The translations under genes and the position numbers were made by a program. A DNA stretch of 64,000 bases, from positions 1,488,001 to 1,552,000 of the forward strand of contig JBODTK010000012.1 in NCBI GenBank assembly GCA_050613775.1, read 5' to 3'. The notes below the pieces were generated by a model, which saw only the letters and a program-made list of their open reading frames with translations, was not told the origin of the DNA and made no database searches. The DNA is from Neocallimastix sp. 'constans' (taxonomy: Eukaryota). Numbering within the stretch: position 1 is the first letter of the stretch; each line of letters opens with the position of its first letter. Below, piece after piece: positions 1 to 23,900 of this stretch.

Positions 1-507
1 TATAATTCCGAATTTCTAATTCATCAACTTGTACGAGTTCGTCTGGTACCTGGAGAGTCTACATGAAACACTTTAATAAATAAATAAATAAATAAATAAA
101 AAAAGAAAAAAAGAAAAAAAAAAAAAAAAAATAAACGAAAAGTCAAGTTTCACACCAGAAATCACAACACCTCTGAATATCTGTCAGATCAATGAATTTC
201 TCTACCTTACTAATATATTTTGTTTTTCCTTCATCCTTCATAGGAAGAGAACTATTATTAGACAAAGTGAAACAATCTCAACGAGTAATATCCAATATTC
301 CCCTTTCACTGAACGCTAAACAATTATGATTATACTTTGATGTAAAATAAATTTTTATAAAATTTTTTCTTTAATTTCTTTAGTTTTTAAAACTGAAGGT
401 TCAAACTTAATATATTGATATAATTTAATACGATATAAATATATAATAAAATAAAAATAATTTAAATAATATATTTTCTGTTTGTTTATTTATTGTATTC
501 AATAGTT

Positions 508-546
<39 letters not shown>

Positions 547-604
547 TATATTTAATAAATTATAAAAATAAAAATATTCTATAGTATTATTATCATTAAT
601 ACGA

Positions 605-798
<194 letters not shown>

Positions 799-1334
799 GA
801 TAATGAATATGATATGATTATGATTATGATTATAATTGTTAATATCTAATACAATATTTATAGAAATAAAAATGCTATTTTATTTAAATAATTAATGAAT
901 AGAAAAAAATATTTTATAATAAAATATTAATACATGAAAAAAAATTTTTTTTTCAAAAAATTTTTTTATTAATTATTTTATTTTATAAATAATGATGCAA
1001 ATAAAAAGATTTTATTTTAATTATATTAGAAATCTATTGATATTAATATTTTTAAAATTGTTAATGAAAAAAAAAAAAAAAAAAAAAAAAGGTAAAAGAT
1101 AAAATTTACAATAAAATAAAATCTTAAATTTTATTAGATTAATTATTTTCCTCAAAAAGTATAATAAATTGAATTAACTAAAAACATAAAAATTTTAAAT
1201 AAGCTATTTTCCTTAAAAGGTATAATAATAAAGTTTAAAAAAAAAAAAAATACCTAAAACATTAAATATACTATTTATTTTAAAAAACGCTTAACAAACC
1301 AATGAATAAGAAAACTAATATATTGGAGGAACAC

Positions 1335-1367
<33 letters not shown>

Positions 1368-1683
1368 CAAAAATTTGAAATAAAAATCATATTTTTATAT
1401 TATAAATATATTTTTTATATTTTTTATAATTTTTTTCAATTTTTCTAGATATTATTTCAATTTTTACTAAAATTTTTAGATATCAAAATATATATATATA
1501 TATAGTTTTAATTAAAAATCAATTTCAAGAGGCTTTTTGTTTGAGTGATAAAAATATTCATTAAATAAGAAAGAAAAAAAAAAAAAAAATGAAATAATTT
1601 CATCTGCTTTTTGAATTATGAATATAAATTGAATCAATCATTTGTATTAAATTTTTTCAGTTTTAAATAGTCATTATAAGAAA

Positions 1684-10415
<8,732 letters not shown>

Positions 10416-10557
10416 ATTTAACTATAATAATTTTATAATAATAAATTTATCTTTTATTTATCTAATAAATAATTAAATGATTTAATTTATTAATTAAATA
10501 ATAGTTTAATAAATAAAAATAAATATAAATATAAATTTAAATATAAATATATATATA

Positions 10558-10608
<51 letters not shown>

Positions 10609-10707
10609 GAGAAAAAGAAAAAATGGAGTAAAATAAAATGTTGATATAACAAATTAAAAAAAAAAATAAATAAATTATGCAATAATACAATAAGAATAAT
10701 AAAAAAA

Positions 10708-10744
<37 letters not shown>

Positions 10745-10830
10745 TTATATTATAATTAATTCATTTATTATTGTGTAAATTTTTCATAGAAATAAAAAAA
10801 TAACAAAAAAAAAAAAAAATAAAATTAAAT

Positions 10831-11180
10831 AAAATAAACAAGTAAATAAATAAAAGAATTTTTTTAATTAAATCTATATGACATACCTTGTGATCACGGA
10901 GATTGTGGCTGCAAGACCCAATTGTAAGATTACCGTACAATGACAAGCAGTAATAATACTTGGGTAAGGAGCGCCAATGCAGAGAAACTTGTAAGGCAGT
11001 CCAGCAGGGACAGCACCACCTACTAAGTAGGAAGTTAGATAAGGGCTCCAGTAATAAACCATTTGTGTGTCAACAGGATGTACAGCTGGGGAGAAATCCT
11101 GCTACGGTCGTTAAAAAAAAATAAACAAGTAAATAAATAAGTAAAAAGGATTTTTTAATTAAATTTATATGACATACCTT
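10831..11180 (+). repeat. ~60-bp direct repeats flanking the insertion (putative long target-site duplication)
   Basis: AAAATAAACAAGTAAATAAATAA..AAG(A/G)ATTTTTTAATTAAAT(C/T)TATATGACATACCTT at 10831-10889 and 11118-11180. Confidence 0.8.
10890..11121 (+). mobile_element. 5'-truncated 3' end of a non-LTR retrotransposon (ORF2 C-terminus, 3' UTR, A tail)
   Basis: GC-richer ~225-nt island ending TACGGTCGTT-A9. It encodes RSANAEKLVRQSSRDSTTY*, homologous to SLNAEETVRQASRASAT at the C-terminus of the LINE fragment near 44370-44420 (-). It is flanked by a ~60-bp direct repeat. Confidence 0.75.
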
Positions 11181-11339
11181 ATTCTTATTTCGATATTTTT
11201 TTTAATTTTAATTTTAGAAATTATTTATTCGAATATATAATTATAAAATAAACTTAATTTTTTTTTTTTTAAAAAGTAATCATTTTAAAGTATTCTTTAT
11301 AAAAAAAAGAAAAAAACAGAAAAAAAATATCAAAATAAT

Positions 11340-12149
11340 TTAGTGGTGTTATTAAAATCTACTGACCTGGAATATAAATGATCCTATTTCACTCCCAGAT
11401 ATATGAAACAAAGTACTTTCTATGAAGCGTAACAAAGCTCCTGGAATTAATGGTATTCCCATTGAATTTTATAAAGCTTTCTTTTGTAATCATAATCTAG
11501 AAGAAAGATTTCCTTCTGCTGGTAAATACCCCTGAGATTATTCTTAACAAACTTTTGAAAAGGTTTTTTTTTCCTTATGAATGGAACTCTTCATCTATTG
11601 TTTCTATTCCAAAAAAAAAGGTGATCCTTCTAATTGTAATAATTATAGAGGTATCTCTCATATTCATGTCGGTCTTAAAATTCAAAAAAAAAAAAAATCA
11701 CAGATAGACTCTCTAAAAGTGCTTTTTGAACATAAATTTATTAGATCTGAACAGTTTGGTTTTTCGTAATCATGAAGAATGTATCAATCTCTCTACATTT
11801 CTATTTAGAGAAATTTGTCAAAAGAAAAAAAAAAATTTATTTAAAAGTCAATTCATATATGTAGCTTTTCTTGAACTAAAAAAAAAACCCTACTACTCTA
11901 TTCCCATTTTCAACATTCTTAACAAAAATCTTTCACCTTGATATCCGTGGCAAATATTTTAATTTCATTTCTAAGCTCTATATCTTATTTCTAAAGCTAA
12001 GAGTTCGTTACCTTGATATGTTTATTTATCAAATAAAACATACTATTCATCGTGGGGGTGTTAGACAAGATGGCCCATTATCACCAATTTTGTTTAATTT
12101 ATTCATTAATAATATTTTTAAATAATTGTGATAAATATAGTGTTCGTAA

Positions 12150-12200
<51 letters not shown>

Positions 12201-12620
12201 AATAAATAAATAAATAAAAAATGTTGTGGTAGTCTTTTTTGTTGATGATATTGTTCTTTTAGCCCCTAGTGAAAGAAAAATGAAAGCTCTACATTCGTCA
12301 TGTTTTTTTTTTTTTTTTTTTTTGGACTAATAAAAATGAAATTATCTTTCGGGTACCAATAAATACGCTACAATGGTTATTAAACTTTTTTAAATTTTAT
12401 TTCATATTCGGGTTAAGAAGAACCTACATTTCACCTTGGTATGTATTCTTTTCCCTAAAGAAAGTCTATGTATATTTACTTTGGTATCCCCTTCAGTAAT
12501 GATTTTTTTACTCCTTAAGCCAATTATCATATATATGAATACTGAAGTTAGAACATCCTTATTCTTCTTTCGCTTAGTTTTTTGCTTTTTTTTTTATCAA
12601 ATAATAAAGTTCCATTAACA
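11340..12620 (+). mobile_element. Decayed non-LTR retrotransposon reverse transcriptase fragment (RTE-like)
   Basis: Motifs MKRNKAPGINGIPIEFYK, KKGDPSNCNNYRGIS, IRSEQFGFRNHEEC, YVAFLELKK, GVRQDGPLSPILFNLFIN and LFVDDIVLLAP, interrupted by frameshifts and poly-A/poly-T expansions. Confidence 0.92.
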
Positions 12621-12854
12621 TTTAAAAAAAAAGATCTATTAGGGGAACGGAGATATTTTAAGTTGAACAAAAACTCCTAAAAAAAAAAAAAAAAAAAGTT
12701 CACAGGAGGTCTACTGTTCACGTGTAATTGTGTGGGGGCTTGTGTGAAATATCTTGTTAATAAAATATCAATTAAATAGTAGTTCTCTTGCTCCTCTTGA
12801 GTTGAGTTAACTTTTTTTTTTGAGAGAGAGAGAAAGCGAGAGAGAAAAAGATTT

Positions 12855-12885
<31 letters not shown>

Positions 12886-12889
12886 GGAA

Positions 12890-14424
12890 AAACACTTTTT
12901 ATTACCAAAAGAGTGCCGACCGACGAATATGCCGATATTGGAAAAAGGAATAGTGTCATTCGTAGTTCCGACCCCTATGATCATATTCCAGGTTTTCCCT
13001 TACAAAAAGTTTTTTTTATATGGAATTTAGTAATTAGGGTTATATATATATTTATCATTATTAATTTTGTTTAAAAACTCCGCAATCCCCACAAAATACG
13101 GAAACAATCGACGAGGATGAATTTTGTTTAAAAATATTGTCAACTAATTGACTTTGTTCCCCATCATTAAGTTTAATTTTTTATATATATTGAACGCCCA
13201 CCCCACCAAGAAGAGCACTCAATATAAAATAATAAATATTATTATCATAATCCTTTTCTGAATCTAAAGAAACATTCAAGGATTTTTGTTCAATTATCAT
13301 TGCAAACTTCAAAAAGAGATCATCTAGAAAAGGTAAAGATTTATTTCTGTAATTTTCCAATTCTTTACAGGCAAAGATCCAGTGAGAAAAGCTAGGTACA
13401 CTAACACCAACAACAAGGGCAACATTTAGGGCAATCTTCTGAGACGATTTTTCTTTTAATGGAAATTCTAATGTCAAATATAAAACCACATCTATTTCGA
13501 GAAATCTAAAAGAATCCCAACTGATACTTAGGATATTGAAATGTTAAGTTTCTGATTTCTGAAATAAATCCAAAATCATTCTCCTTGTAAGTAATTGCTT
13601 TTTTAGCTTTTGAGGGTTTGAAGACATCTCTTTCCCAATAAAACTTTTTTTTATTTCACTTGTTTTCTTACCATTTAATTTCTTATTCAAAGTCCTTGAT
13701 TTCTTTAGTCCATGAGTAATGTGACATTGTAGGAATATTATTAGTGAGATGATTAATAATACATGATGAATTTTTCCATTTTCTAAAGCAGCGTCATTGA
13801 GATATATCACAGACAGCTGAAAGAGGAGGTATTCTCAATTCATGAGTAATATCATAGAGACTAACATAAGAATTACGAGATTTAAATCCATAACTCCAAT
13901 GAAGTCCTCTATTAATAATTTCTTTGAGATTTAGAACATCTGCTCTTATTTGAACCAAAGAGAGGAGCATAATATATAACAAGACTAAGATTAAACGAAA
14001 TTAAATCATATTTCTTCAGTGGGAGAGGAATAGATTTATTAATAAGAAATCGAAAGTACAAATTTAACTTGATATTTAAATTACTGTTTAATTTGGATTG
14101 TATAGGTTTCAATGATAAAGATTAATCAAAAGGAATACCAAGATAAGTATAGTTGTCAGTTTTAGGTAATTTGTTACTACCATTAAAGAAAGATGGATCG
14201 ATCTTCATAATTTATCGGTTTAACAAAGTTAATCGGTTTTACAACAAGAGTGGCACACTTATTAATTCCAAAAATCATTTCATTTTTAATAGCCCATTTA
14301 TGAACTTTATTCAAAATTTTCTTAAGAGCTTGTTTAGATGGAGCAACTAAAACAATATCATCCGCAAAAAGTCCCCCACAACAATATTGAGAATCTAAAT
14401 ATACACCATACTTATCACAATTAT
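12890..14424 (-). mobile_element. Decayed 5'-truncated non-LTR retrotransposon (RT C-terminal half, CCHC zinc finger, 3' end)
   Basis: The minus strand reads DNCDKYGVYLDSQYCCGGLFADDIVLVAP, KWAIKNEMIFGINKCATLVVKP, ELRIPPLSAVC, DCPKCCPCC..SHWIFAC, LLGG and PYFVGIAEFLNKI, with multiple frameshifts. Confidence 0.92.
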
Positions 14425-14685
14425 CCAGTACATCAAGATAGAATTGCTACAACTGATGATGATATAGAAAGATCAGATAGTTTTGACATCGATAATATTC
14501 AACCAATAATAGTTCCATTAAATGATCATTAATGAAAAATAATAATAATAATAAGCAATAAAAATAATTATAATTATAAACGTACCAATGAACTAAGTAA
14601 TAAAAATAAAACTCAATTTTAGGTATAACCTTGAAGGGACGTTAGGAAGGGAAGGAACATTCTTTAAATATTTTTCTTTCAATAA

Positions 14686-14725
<40 letters not shown>

Positions 14726-14771
14726 GAGCATTTGGTTGACTACCAACTACAAACTTCATACAATGAATATT

Positions 14772-14841
<70 letters not shown>

Positions 14842-14866
14842 GAAGGAAGGAAGGAAGGAAGGAAGG
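14772..14866. repeat. (GAAA)n/(GGAA)n microsatellite
   Basis: Direct tetranucleotide repeat; it explains the spurious ORF 14736-14945. Confidence 0.9.
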
Positions 14867-15794
14867 AAAAAAAAAAAAAGAGTTATTTCAAAAATATATA
14901 ACTCGTTTAAAAAATTTTATTGAACTAATAATGGAAAATATATGAGGCCATTTTTTTTTTTTTTTTTTTATACAAGTATAATTTTACCTTCAAAGAAATT
15001 AAAGTTATTAAATAAATAATATATTATAATAATAAATAATAAAACTTTAACTTTATATTCTTATTATTCTTATTATTAGTAATAGTAAAGAAATAATAAA
15101 TTTATATTAGATTTTAGAACAATAAATAAAAAGTAAATGTTATGAAATTATAAATATATTATATTATAATAAGACATAATAATTTATTATACAACTATTC
15201 CTTTTATTATTATTATTATTATTATTCATTTAAATATAAAAATTAAGTATTTAAGAGTGTAAAAGTGAAAATTGTACATAATATAAATTATTTTCATTTT
15301 ATTATAATATTTTTTAAATATCATTAATAATGTACTTTTATTTTAATTAAATTGTATTACATTGATATTAATTAGTTTATTTTTTTTTAACAGTTAATTA
15401 TAAAGTCATTATTATATTATTAAATTAAAAAAGATATAATATTAGTTTCTTATTTAATAAAAAATATTAATATAGAGCATAAACATTTTGTTTAAATAAT
15501 ATTTATATGATAATTTATTTTATTATTTTTTTTATATCTTTCTATTTTTATCAATATATATATAATTTGTTTATTGACCTATTATAAATCAGATTAAATG
15601 AATAAATAATAAAATAATTTAATTGAAAAGGACCCTACTATTAATAATAATTTTTTTCTTCTTTTTCTTCTTCTTTAACATATATATTGATATATATTTC
15701 TTAACTTTTATTGATAATAATTTTCATTCTCTATTATTATTTCTATTTCCTTTAATTTTTCCTTTTTTTTTTAATAAAAAAATATTAAAATTTA

Positions 15795-15827
<33 letters not shown>

Positions 15828-16575
15828 TTTATTTTTTTATTCTTTTTTAGATAACATTTTTAAAATGTTTCTAATTCTATAATTTAAAAATATAAAGAAA
15901 AAAAAAATAAAATTAAAAAAAAAAAAAAAAAAATTCATATATTAACAATTATATTTTTATTCTATTTTTTAAATATATTAAATTTTATTAAAATAATGTT
16001 TAATTCATTATCGGATATTCGAATATTTAAAATTTATAATTGATAGAAAAAAAAAAAAATTTTTTTTCTTTTTCGTTTTAAATCTTTTTATAATTATATA
16101 TTATATAGACTATAATGTAATATATTGTATTATTATTTATAATTAATAATTATATATATATATATTTTTATTTTTTATTTTTTTTTTATCTTAAAATTAT
16201 TAATTATTAATATTTATTAAATTATAATATAAATATATAATTTTATTTTATATTTTTTTTAATATATGTATTATTATTAATTTATTTTTATTTTGATAAG
16301 AAATTTGTTGTTTTGAAGGGTTAGAATTATTTATATTTCAAACTTTTGTACAAATATATATTTAAACTTATTAAATGATTATATAATCTTTTTTTTTTTT
16401 TTAATATTATTTTTATGTTTTAAACTGTTTTAAAAATTATTAAAAAGTTTTAACTGAAAATATAAATAGTTTTGTTTAATTTTTGATTATATATAGCTTT
16501 AATTTGAAATTTCAAAATCTTTTTTATTGATATTTTATTTATTTATTTATTTATTTATTGTTATAATTTTTAAAT

Positions 16576-16606
<31 letters not shown>

Positions 16607-17906
16607 TTTTATTTTATTTTATTTTTTTTGTATTTTTTGATGATTATTTAAATAATTATCTTTATTATTCCAAATTTTTTTTTCAAATTTTATTTAATCT
16701 TGTTTATAATTTTTTTTATTTTTATTTTCTTTATCAAAACAGACTTAATATTAGTTAATATATTGTAAGTGTATTGATTTATATTAATTTTTTTAAATTT
16801 TTTATATTTCTAATACTATCCTTTATTACTATTTTTTTTTAATATATGATAGTAATAAATTTATTTATTTATTTATTTATTTATATTTATTTTTCTCCAA
16901 TTAATATATTAATTATATATATAAATCATTTTTCAATAGTTATTATCTTTTAATAAATAAATAAATAATAATTAAATAAATTTTATTTACATAATTAATT
17001 TAATGTATTGTACAATATAAATGTACAATATTCCTTCAATATATAAATATTTATTTATCTTATCTATTTATAATTTATATAAAAACAAATTTTGATTTTT
17101 TAATAATGGTTGATGATGATTTTTTTTTTTTTAATAATTATTATTAATTGTTATTATTTTATTTTATTTTATTTTATTTTTTATTTTTATTAATAATTAA
17201 TAAGGTAATTTGAAGTTAATTAAAAGATTAGAAAAATAATAAAAAAATTTTTTTTTTAATAAAATTCAATTTACTGATAAGAAATAATTATAAAAAAAAA
17301 ATTAATAAATAAATAATAATAAATAAATCATTATTATTATTAAATATAATTTAAAATTATTAAAAGTTGGTTTTTATATTATAAATAAAATATGATAATT
17401 ATTAAATCATTTTAAATTTTAATCTATTTTATATGTCAATTAAAATGTGATTTTATACAATTTCATAAATAAAATATTTAAATCTATAATTTTTTATTAA
17501 AAAAAAGTACTAATAAATTTTATAATTATAATTTTAATTTTCTATTTTTTTTTTTTTAGAATAATATAAAAAAAAAATAAAGTAGTGTTTAAATCTTTTT
17601 TTTTTTAATTTATTATTTATAAATTTTCTTTTATGAATTATCATTACAAATTTCGTAAATATTAATCTTATTTTATATTTATGAAGTAATTAATTATTTT
17701 TTAATACTGTGATTTTATTAATTTAATCTTTATATGTATTTTTATCAATTAGCCTTACATAATTAATTATATTAGATGTTATTAATTCAATTTAAAATTT
17801 TTTATTCTTAATTATTTAATTGGTTTTTTTACTTTTTTTTTTTTTTTTTTTTTAAGGGCTAAACTCTAAAGTTATCTATTTTTAAATATATAAATTTCTC
17901 TCCTTA

Positions 17907-17944
<38 letters not shown>

Positions 17945-20900
17945 TCAATATAAATATGTTTTAAAAAAAATTTTTTTATAAATAACTTTAAATATTTATA
18001 ATTATTTACAATAAATTTTATATTATTTTATTATATTTTTATTTATATAAAGTATGTATGGAATTAGGAATTTACTTATTAAAATATTTTATAATTAAGT
18101 TTATTATATATAAAATAGTATATACTAATATTAATCAGTTTAATATATTTTATGAATTTTTATTATTTTATTTTTTTTTTAAGTTTTTGTTTTGTTTTCT
18201 ATATTTATTTTTTTGATTTTAGTTATATATATACTATTATATCTCTTAATGAAATAATTATTCAATAAATATTTAGTAATACATATATAAATTATATCAA
18301 TAAAGAAAAAAATAAGTAAATAAAAATTTTTATATTTTCATTGAATAGTAAAATTCATTTTTTTTTTTAAATTATTAAATAATTATTAAATTATTCAAAA
18401 TTTATCAATAAATTTTTTTTTTTTTTTATTATGAAATTTTTTATCGTTATCATAAAATAGGATGATAATAATTTATAATAAATCATGAAAAAAATTTTTT
18501 TAAATTATTTTTAAATCTTATATATTAATTTTATCTATATTAATATTTATATTTAATTATTGTATTTATATATAATTTTTATATTTATATTTACATTTAA
18601 TTTTTATAGTTTTTATTTTTTATAGTCTTTATTAAAAAATTAATTATATTAATAGTTTATGATAAGACTAATAAAAAATAAAAAATTAATAATTAATGAA
18701 TGATTAAATTTTAAATAAATGATAATCTTTTATAATTTATTAAATTCAATTAAAATTTTAAATGATATAAATTAATATATATGTAAACTTAATTATTCAT
18801 TATTTATTTATTTATTTTGCTTATAATTTATTTAATTTAATTTATTTATTCATTTACTTTTTAATTAATTTTATTTTATTTCTTTATTTTTATTTTAACT
18901 TTTTTTTGATAAAAATAAAAAAATGTTTATAATTTTTTAGATTGTGATTAATTTTTTTTAAAGTTATCAAATCTATTGATCAAATCATAACATGATGATT
19001 CATTATCATACATTATCATACATATTATCTAATATATTTTTATATATTATTTATTTATTTATTTATTAGATGAAATTAAATGAATAGTAAAAAAAATTTT
19101 TTTTGTTAAGCTAATTTTTTTTTAATAACTTTTTTTTTAATAACTTTTTTTTTTTGGTGCAATTGAAATAATATATACTAATATTTATGGAATATTTATT
19201 ATTAAATTTCCATAGAATTAATTTATATAATTTAATGTATTGTACGTATTTAAAAATAGTTACGTATTTTATTTTAACATCATTATTTATTATTTATTAT
19301 TTATCTCATCTCTTATCTAAAACTAATATTAATGGTCCATTTTTTTTAAATACTTATTAATGATAATAAAAATCACGTTTTTTTTAAAAAATTTTGTTAT
19401 AATATATGGATATAAAATTTTTTTTTGTGTTATTAATATTATTTAAGGTAATATAATATAAACTAATAAAAAATAATAAATAAATAAATATTAATAATAT
19501 TATTTTTTTGAATTCATCCTATTAATGCAATTTTTGATATTATTTTTTTTTTATTTTATATTTTTTTTTATGGATAATTTCACTTTTCATATTTAAATTT
19601 TTAAAATTTTTATTATTAATGAAATCTTTTTATTAATGTAATACTTTTTGTTTTTTTAAAAAATAATAATTATTATTATAATTAAAAATATTATAAATTT
19701 TATATATATTTTCATATTTTGTATTTTTATCAAAGATATCATACATTATTTATTATTTTTTTTCATTATTTAAGAACATTCAATATATATATATAATTTT
19801 TTTTATCATATTAAAAATTTATTCATAATAATAATACAATACTATAATAAAAAAAATAAAAATAATAATAATAATAAAATAAAATAAAAATTGAAAGAGT
19901 AATAATATTTTGCTAAGTAAATAGGATATAAAAATTTTTATAATACTTACATATTAATAATATTTACCTTTATTAAGGCTTGTTAATAAAAAAATTTTTT
20001 TATAAAAAAAATTATATATATATATAATATTATATATAAAAAAAGAAATACAACTTATCTTTTTTTTTTTTATATATAAATTTTATATCTATTTAATAGG
20101 ATACTTATTACAACCTTATTTTATTTTTAAATGAGTAATACATTATTTTATATTATTAATTTTTTTTCTCGAAAAATTGTAGAAATTAAATGCAATTATT
20201 CATTTTTTTATTTTTATATTTTTATAATAAAGTATAATTTTTTTTTTTTGGATTTGATAAAATAATACTGAATTTTTAATATTCAAGCTTTTTTTTTTCT
20301 TGATATTGAATTATTAATATATATTATTTTTTATTTTTGTTAATTATTTATTTATTATTTTAATTTGAATAACATCTATTCTTATTTTGTTAATTTCATA
20401 AAAAGACATTTGATAATTTAATTGCTATATCTATGAGAACATTCTTTTCTTATTATTTTTTTTATTTTTAGTTTAAAAAAAAAATATTTTATTAATAATA
20501 AAATATATATATAAATATAAAACAAAAAAAGTAAATTTTGATAATCAATAAAAAAAATAAAAATAAAATAAAATATTTTATTACAATAAAAAAAAAAAAA
20601 AAAAAAAAAAGACAATTTTTTTTCTATTTATATAAAAATAAAAAAATTTGTATTAATTATTAAAAATATACAAAAATCCTTTAAAATTATATTTCTTTGT
20701 TGTATTTAATTATTAATAAAGTTCTGTTTTTATTTATTATTTTTTTTTTGAAGATTTTATTGTTTTGATCATTATCTGTATCTGTATCACATGTGTGCTT
20801 TTTTTTTCTGTATAATTTAATTTAAATTGTCTTTTATTAATTATTAATAGATTAAGTAAATAGTTATTTATTTATTTTTATAATTATATATTTATTTATT

Positions 20901-23900
20901 TAACTATTTAATTTATTTAATTATTTAATTTTTTTTATTATTTAATTATTTATTTAAATATTAGATTTATTTATTTTATTTATTTAAAAAATATATATAT
21001 ATTTAAATGTCAAATCTATCAATCTATCTCATAACCACAAACTTTAATAATTATTGATATTTGAATGAAATAACAATAATACAATATTTATTAGTGATTA
21101 AAGTTGGATGCTCCAATAAATCATTATAAATTATTTAATATTCATTTAATTAATCAATTGAAATATTATTTAATTAAATTTTTATTCTCTCATTATTTAT
21201 TTTTTTTAAAAAAAAAAATAATAAAATAAAATAAAATAAAAATTGCTAAGTATAAAATTATTTTTAAAAATTTTAAAGTTATCATTTTCGATCAATTAAT
21301 GTATTTATGGTATGAATATTTAATTTTACTGTCATATCTAATATTTGATATAAATTGGAATTAATTAAATTAAATTTAATATATATCATAAATTATAATA
21401 TATATTTATATAAATTTTTAATTTAATTGTATAAATATATTAACAATATTAATATTAAAAAAAAAAAAAAAAGTCATAAGAATAGTAATTTAAATTAAAT
21501 TTCAAAGTAATCTTTTTTTTTTTGATGAATTGAAATTAATTCTATAATCTTATCATTAAAAATTTTGATAGCTTAAATAATATAAATTAGATATTAAAAA
21601 ATAGATAAGAGGAAAAAATAATTATAAAATTTAATTGAGTACAACTGTAATAAAATTTATTGGTCAATATGTGTTATAAAGAAAAATGATAAGCATTAAA
21701 AAAATATATATATTAAATATGTTTTATTTAAAAAAAAAAAAAAAGTCAAATTTTAAATAATTTTTTTTGACTATGTTATAAAATAAATTTTTTTATATGA
21801 ATTTTATTAATTTTCAAATAAAAATGTTTTAAAAGATTTTTTAAAAAAAAAAAGTATTTTTAAAATTATTTAAATTTTCAAGTTTTTATATTACAATATA
21901 TATATATATCATTAATATGTTTCTGAGATATTTTTGTATTTATTTTTAAAAGAAATAATCATGTTTAAATATAGTAAATATATGCATAATAAAATAGAAA
22001 AACTTTAAAAAAAAAAAAATACGTGATTTTTTTTATTTTCATTTTAAATAATAAAGTTAAATAAATAAATTAAATTAGAATACATAAATAAATGAATAAA
22101 TAAAAAATTAAATTAAAATAAAAAGTCTTAAGACCAAATACAAAATTGAAATAATAAATTATAAAATATAAAAATATACAAATTAATAATTAAAAATGAG
22201 GTAAATAATAATATGATACGATATATAATATATAATAATATATATATATTATATGTAAATTTTATTATTAATTTTATTACTATTTTTATGGTTTTTTAAA
22301 AAAATGAAATACTTTGAAATGAAGATTATTAAGTTAGAATAAATAAAAGAAAGAAAAAGATTACAAAAAAGTTTTAAAAGTAAATTAGAATTTATCATCT
22401 TTAAATTGTATAATATTCATTTGTTTCAATTCTTTTTTTTTTTTTTTTTAATTTTTTTTATAAGAAAAAAAAATGTCATTTAAAAATATTTTAAAATTTT
22501 TAAAAGTATTTTATTCTATATATATATATATATATATTTAAAAAAAAAAAAAAAAAGAAAAAATTAAAATTAACAAAAAGTACCTAATCCATAAATACTA
22601 TATGATATTATTTATTTTAAATGATCTATAAAAAAAAAATTTTTTTTATACTTATCAATTTAATGAAATAAAGTTTTATAAAATAAAAAATAAAAAATAA
22701 AGAAAATAAAAAACTTTTTTTTTATATTATTTAAATAAATTAAACAAAATTAAAAAATATATATATATTTCATTATTAATTAATTTAACAATTTTTTCAT
22801 TTAATAAGATTTCATTTATCCCATTTATTAATTTTAATATTATTATTAACCACTTGACTACCTTATTTTATAGAATGACCATTTTTATATAGACAATGAC
22901 AAAACAAAACAAAATAAATATATATATATATGTTTCTTTTATCTATTAAATATTTATATAGAGTGTATTTTATTTATGTTAATTTTTATTTTTGCCCTTA
23001 TTTATATATATAAAAGACATTATTTTAATAGAATATTTTATTCATATAAAACCAAAACTGATAAATTTATTTATATTTAAATTCTCTACACTATATGAAT
23101 TTTTTAATTAATTAAAAAAAAAGCATTAATTAATTGTATAAATAGATAAAGGATTACAACCACTTTGATTTATATCATATGATTTAATTATTATTTATTT
23201 AATGTTATCTTTTTTTTTAAAAAATATATATATATAAATATAAAAATTATATATAATAAATTTAAATAGGATAGATATAATTAAATAGGATTTTAGAAAG
23301 ATTACATAAAAAAAAAAAAAAAAAAAAAAAGGAATGAATAGAATTAATTAGTATTATTATAGAATATAATTTGCTATAATTATATTTCATATTTATATAA
23401 ATTTCTTTTAAATAAAAAGAAATTTGTATTATTAAAAACTAAATAGTTATATTATTCAAAAAGAGAGAGAACAGCGTAGTGTTGAATTAATTTTTTTTAA
23501 AAAAAAATATAAAATATATTATAAAATAATAACTATATAAATAAAATAATTCATTTGAAATAAAAAAAAAAAAAAAAAAAAAAAAAAATAGAATAATTTC
23601 GGTGACCATTTTATTTAGGTATAAATGATCGGTTTTATAATTGGATTAATATATTATTAATTTATTACTGTTTATTTATTATATATATTATTTATTAATT
23701 ATTGTATATACTTATTTTATTTATTATTGTATTTATTTACTTATATATTATTTATTTATTACTCTACTTATATTTTATTTATATTTCATTTAATATTTAT
23801 TTACTTATATATTTTATTTATTTATATATATTTTTGTATTTATAATTTAATTAATATTTATTTATTTATTTAATTTTTTTATAATTGTCTTTTTTTTATT

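Noticed and set aside
1..340. GC-richer coding-like segment on the minus strand (e.g. KVFHVDS, IQRCCDFWCET)
   Set aside because: It has stops in all frames, is cut by the window edge and has no diagnostic motif. It is probably a TE remnant but cannot be assigned.
10890..11112. Possible hairpin, twister or HDV-like ribozyme (AGAGAAAC, A-GUC, GUAAGAUUAC motifs)
   Set aside because: The required helices and pseudoknots could not be paired, and the segment is explained as a LINE ORF2 end plus 3' UTR.
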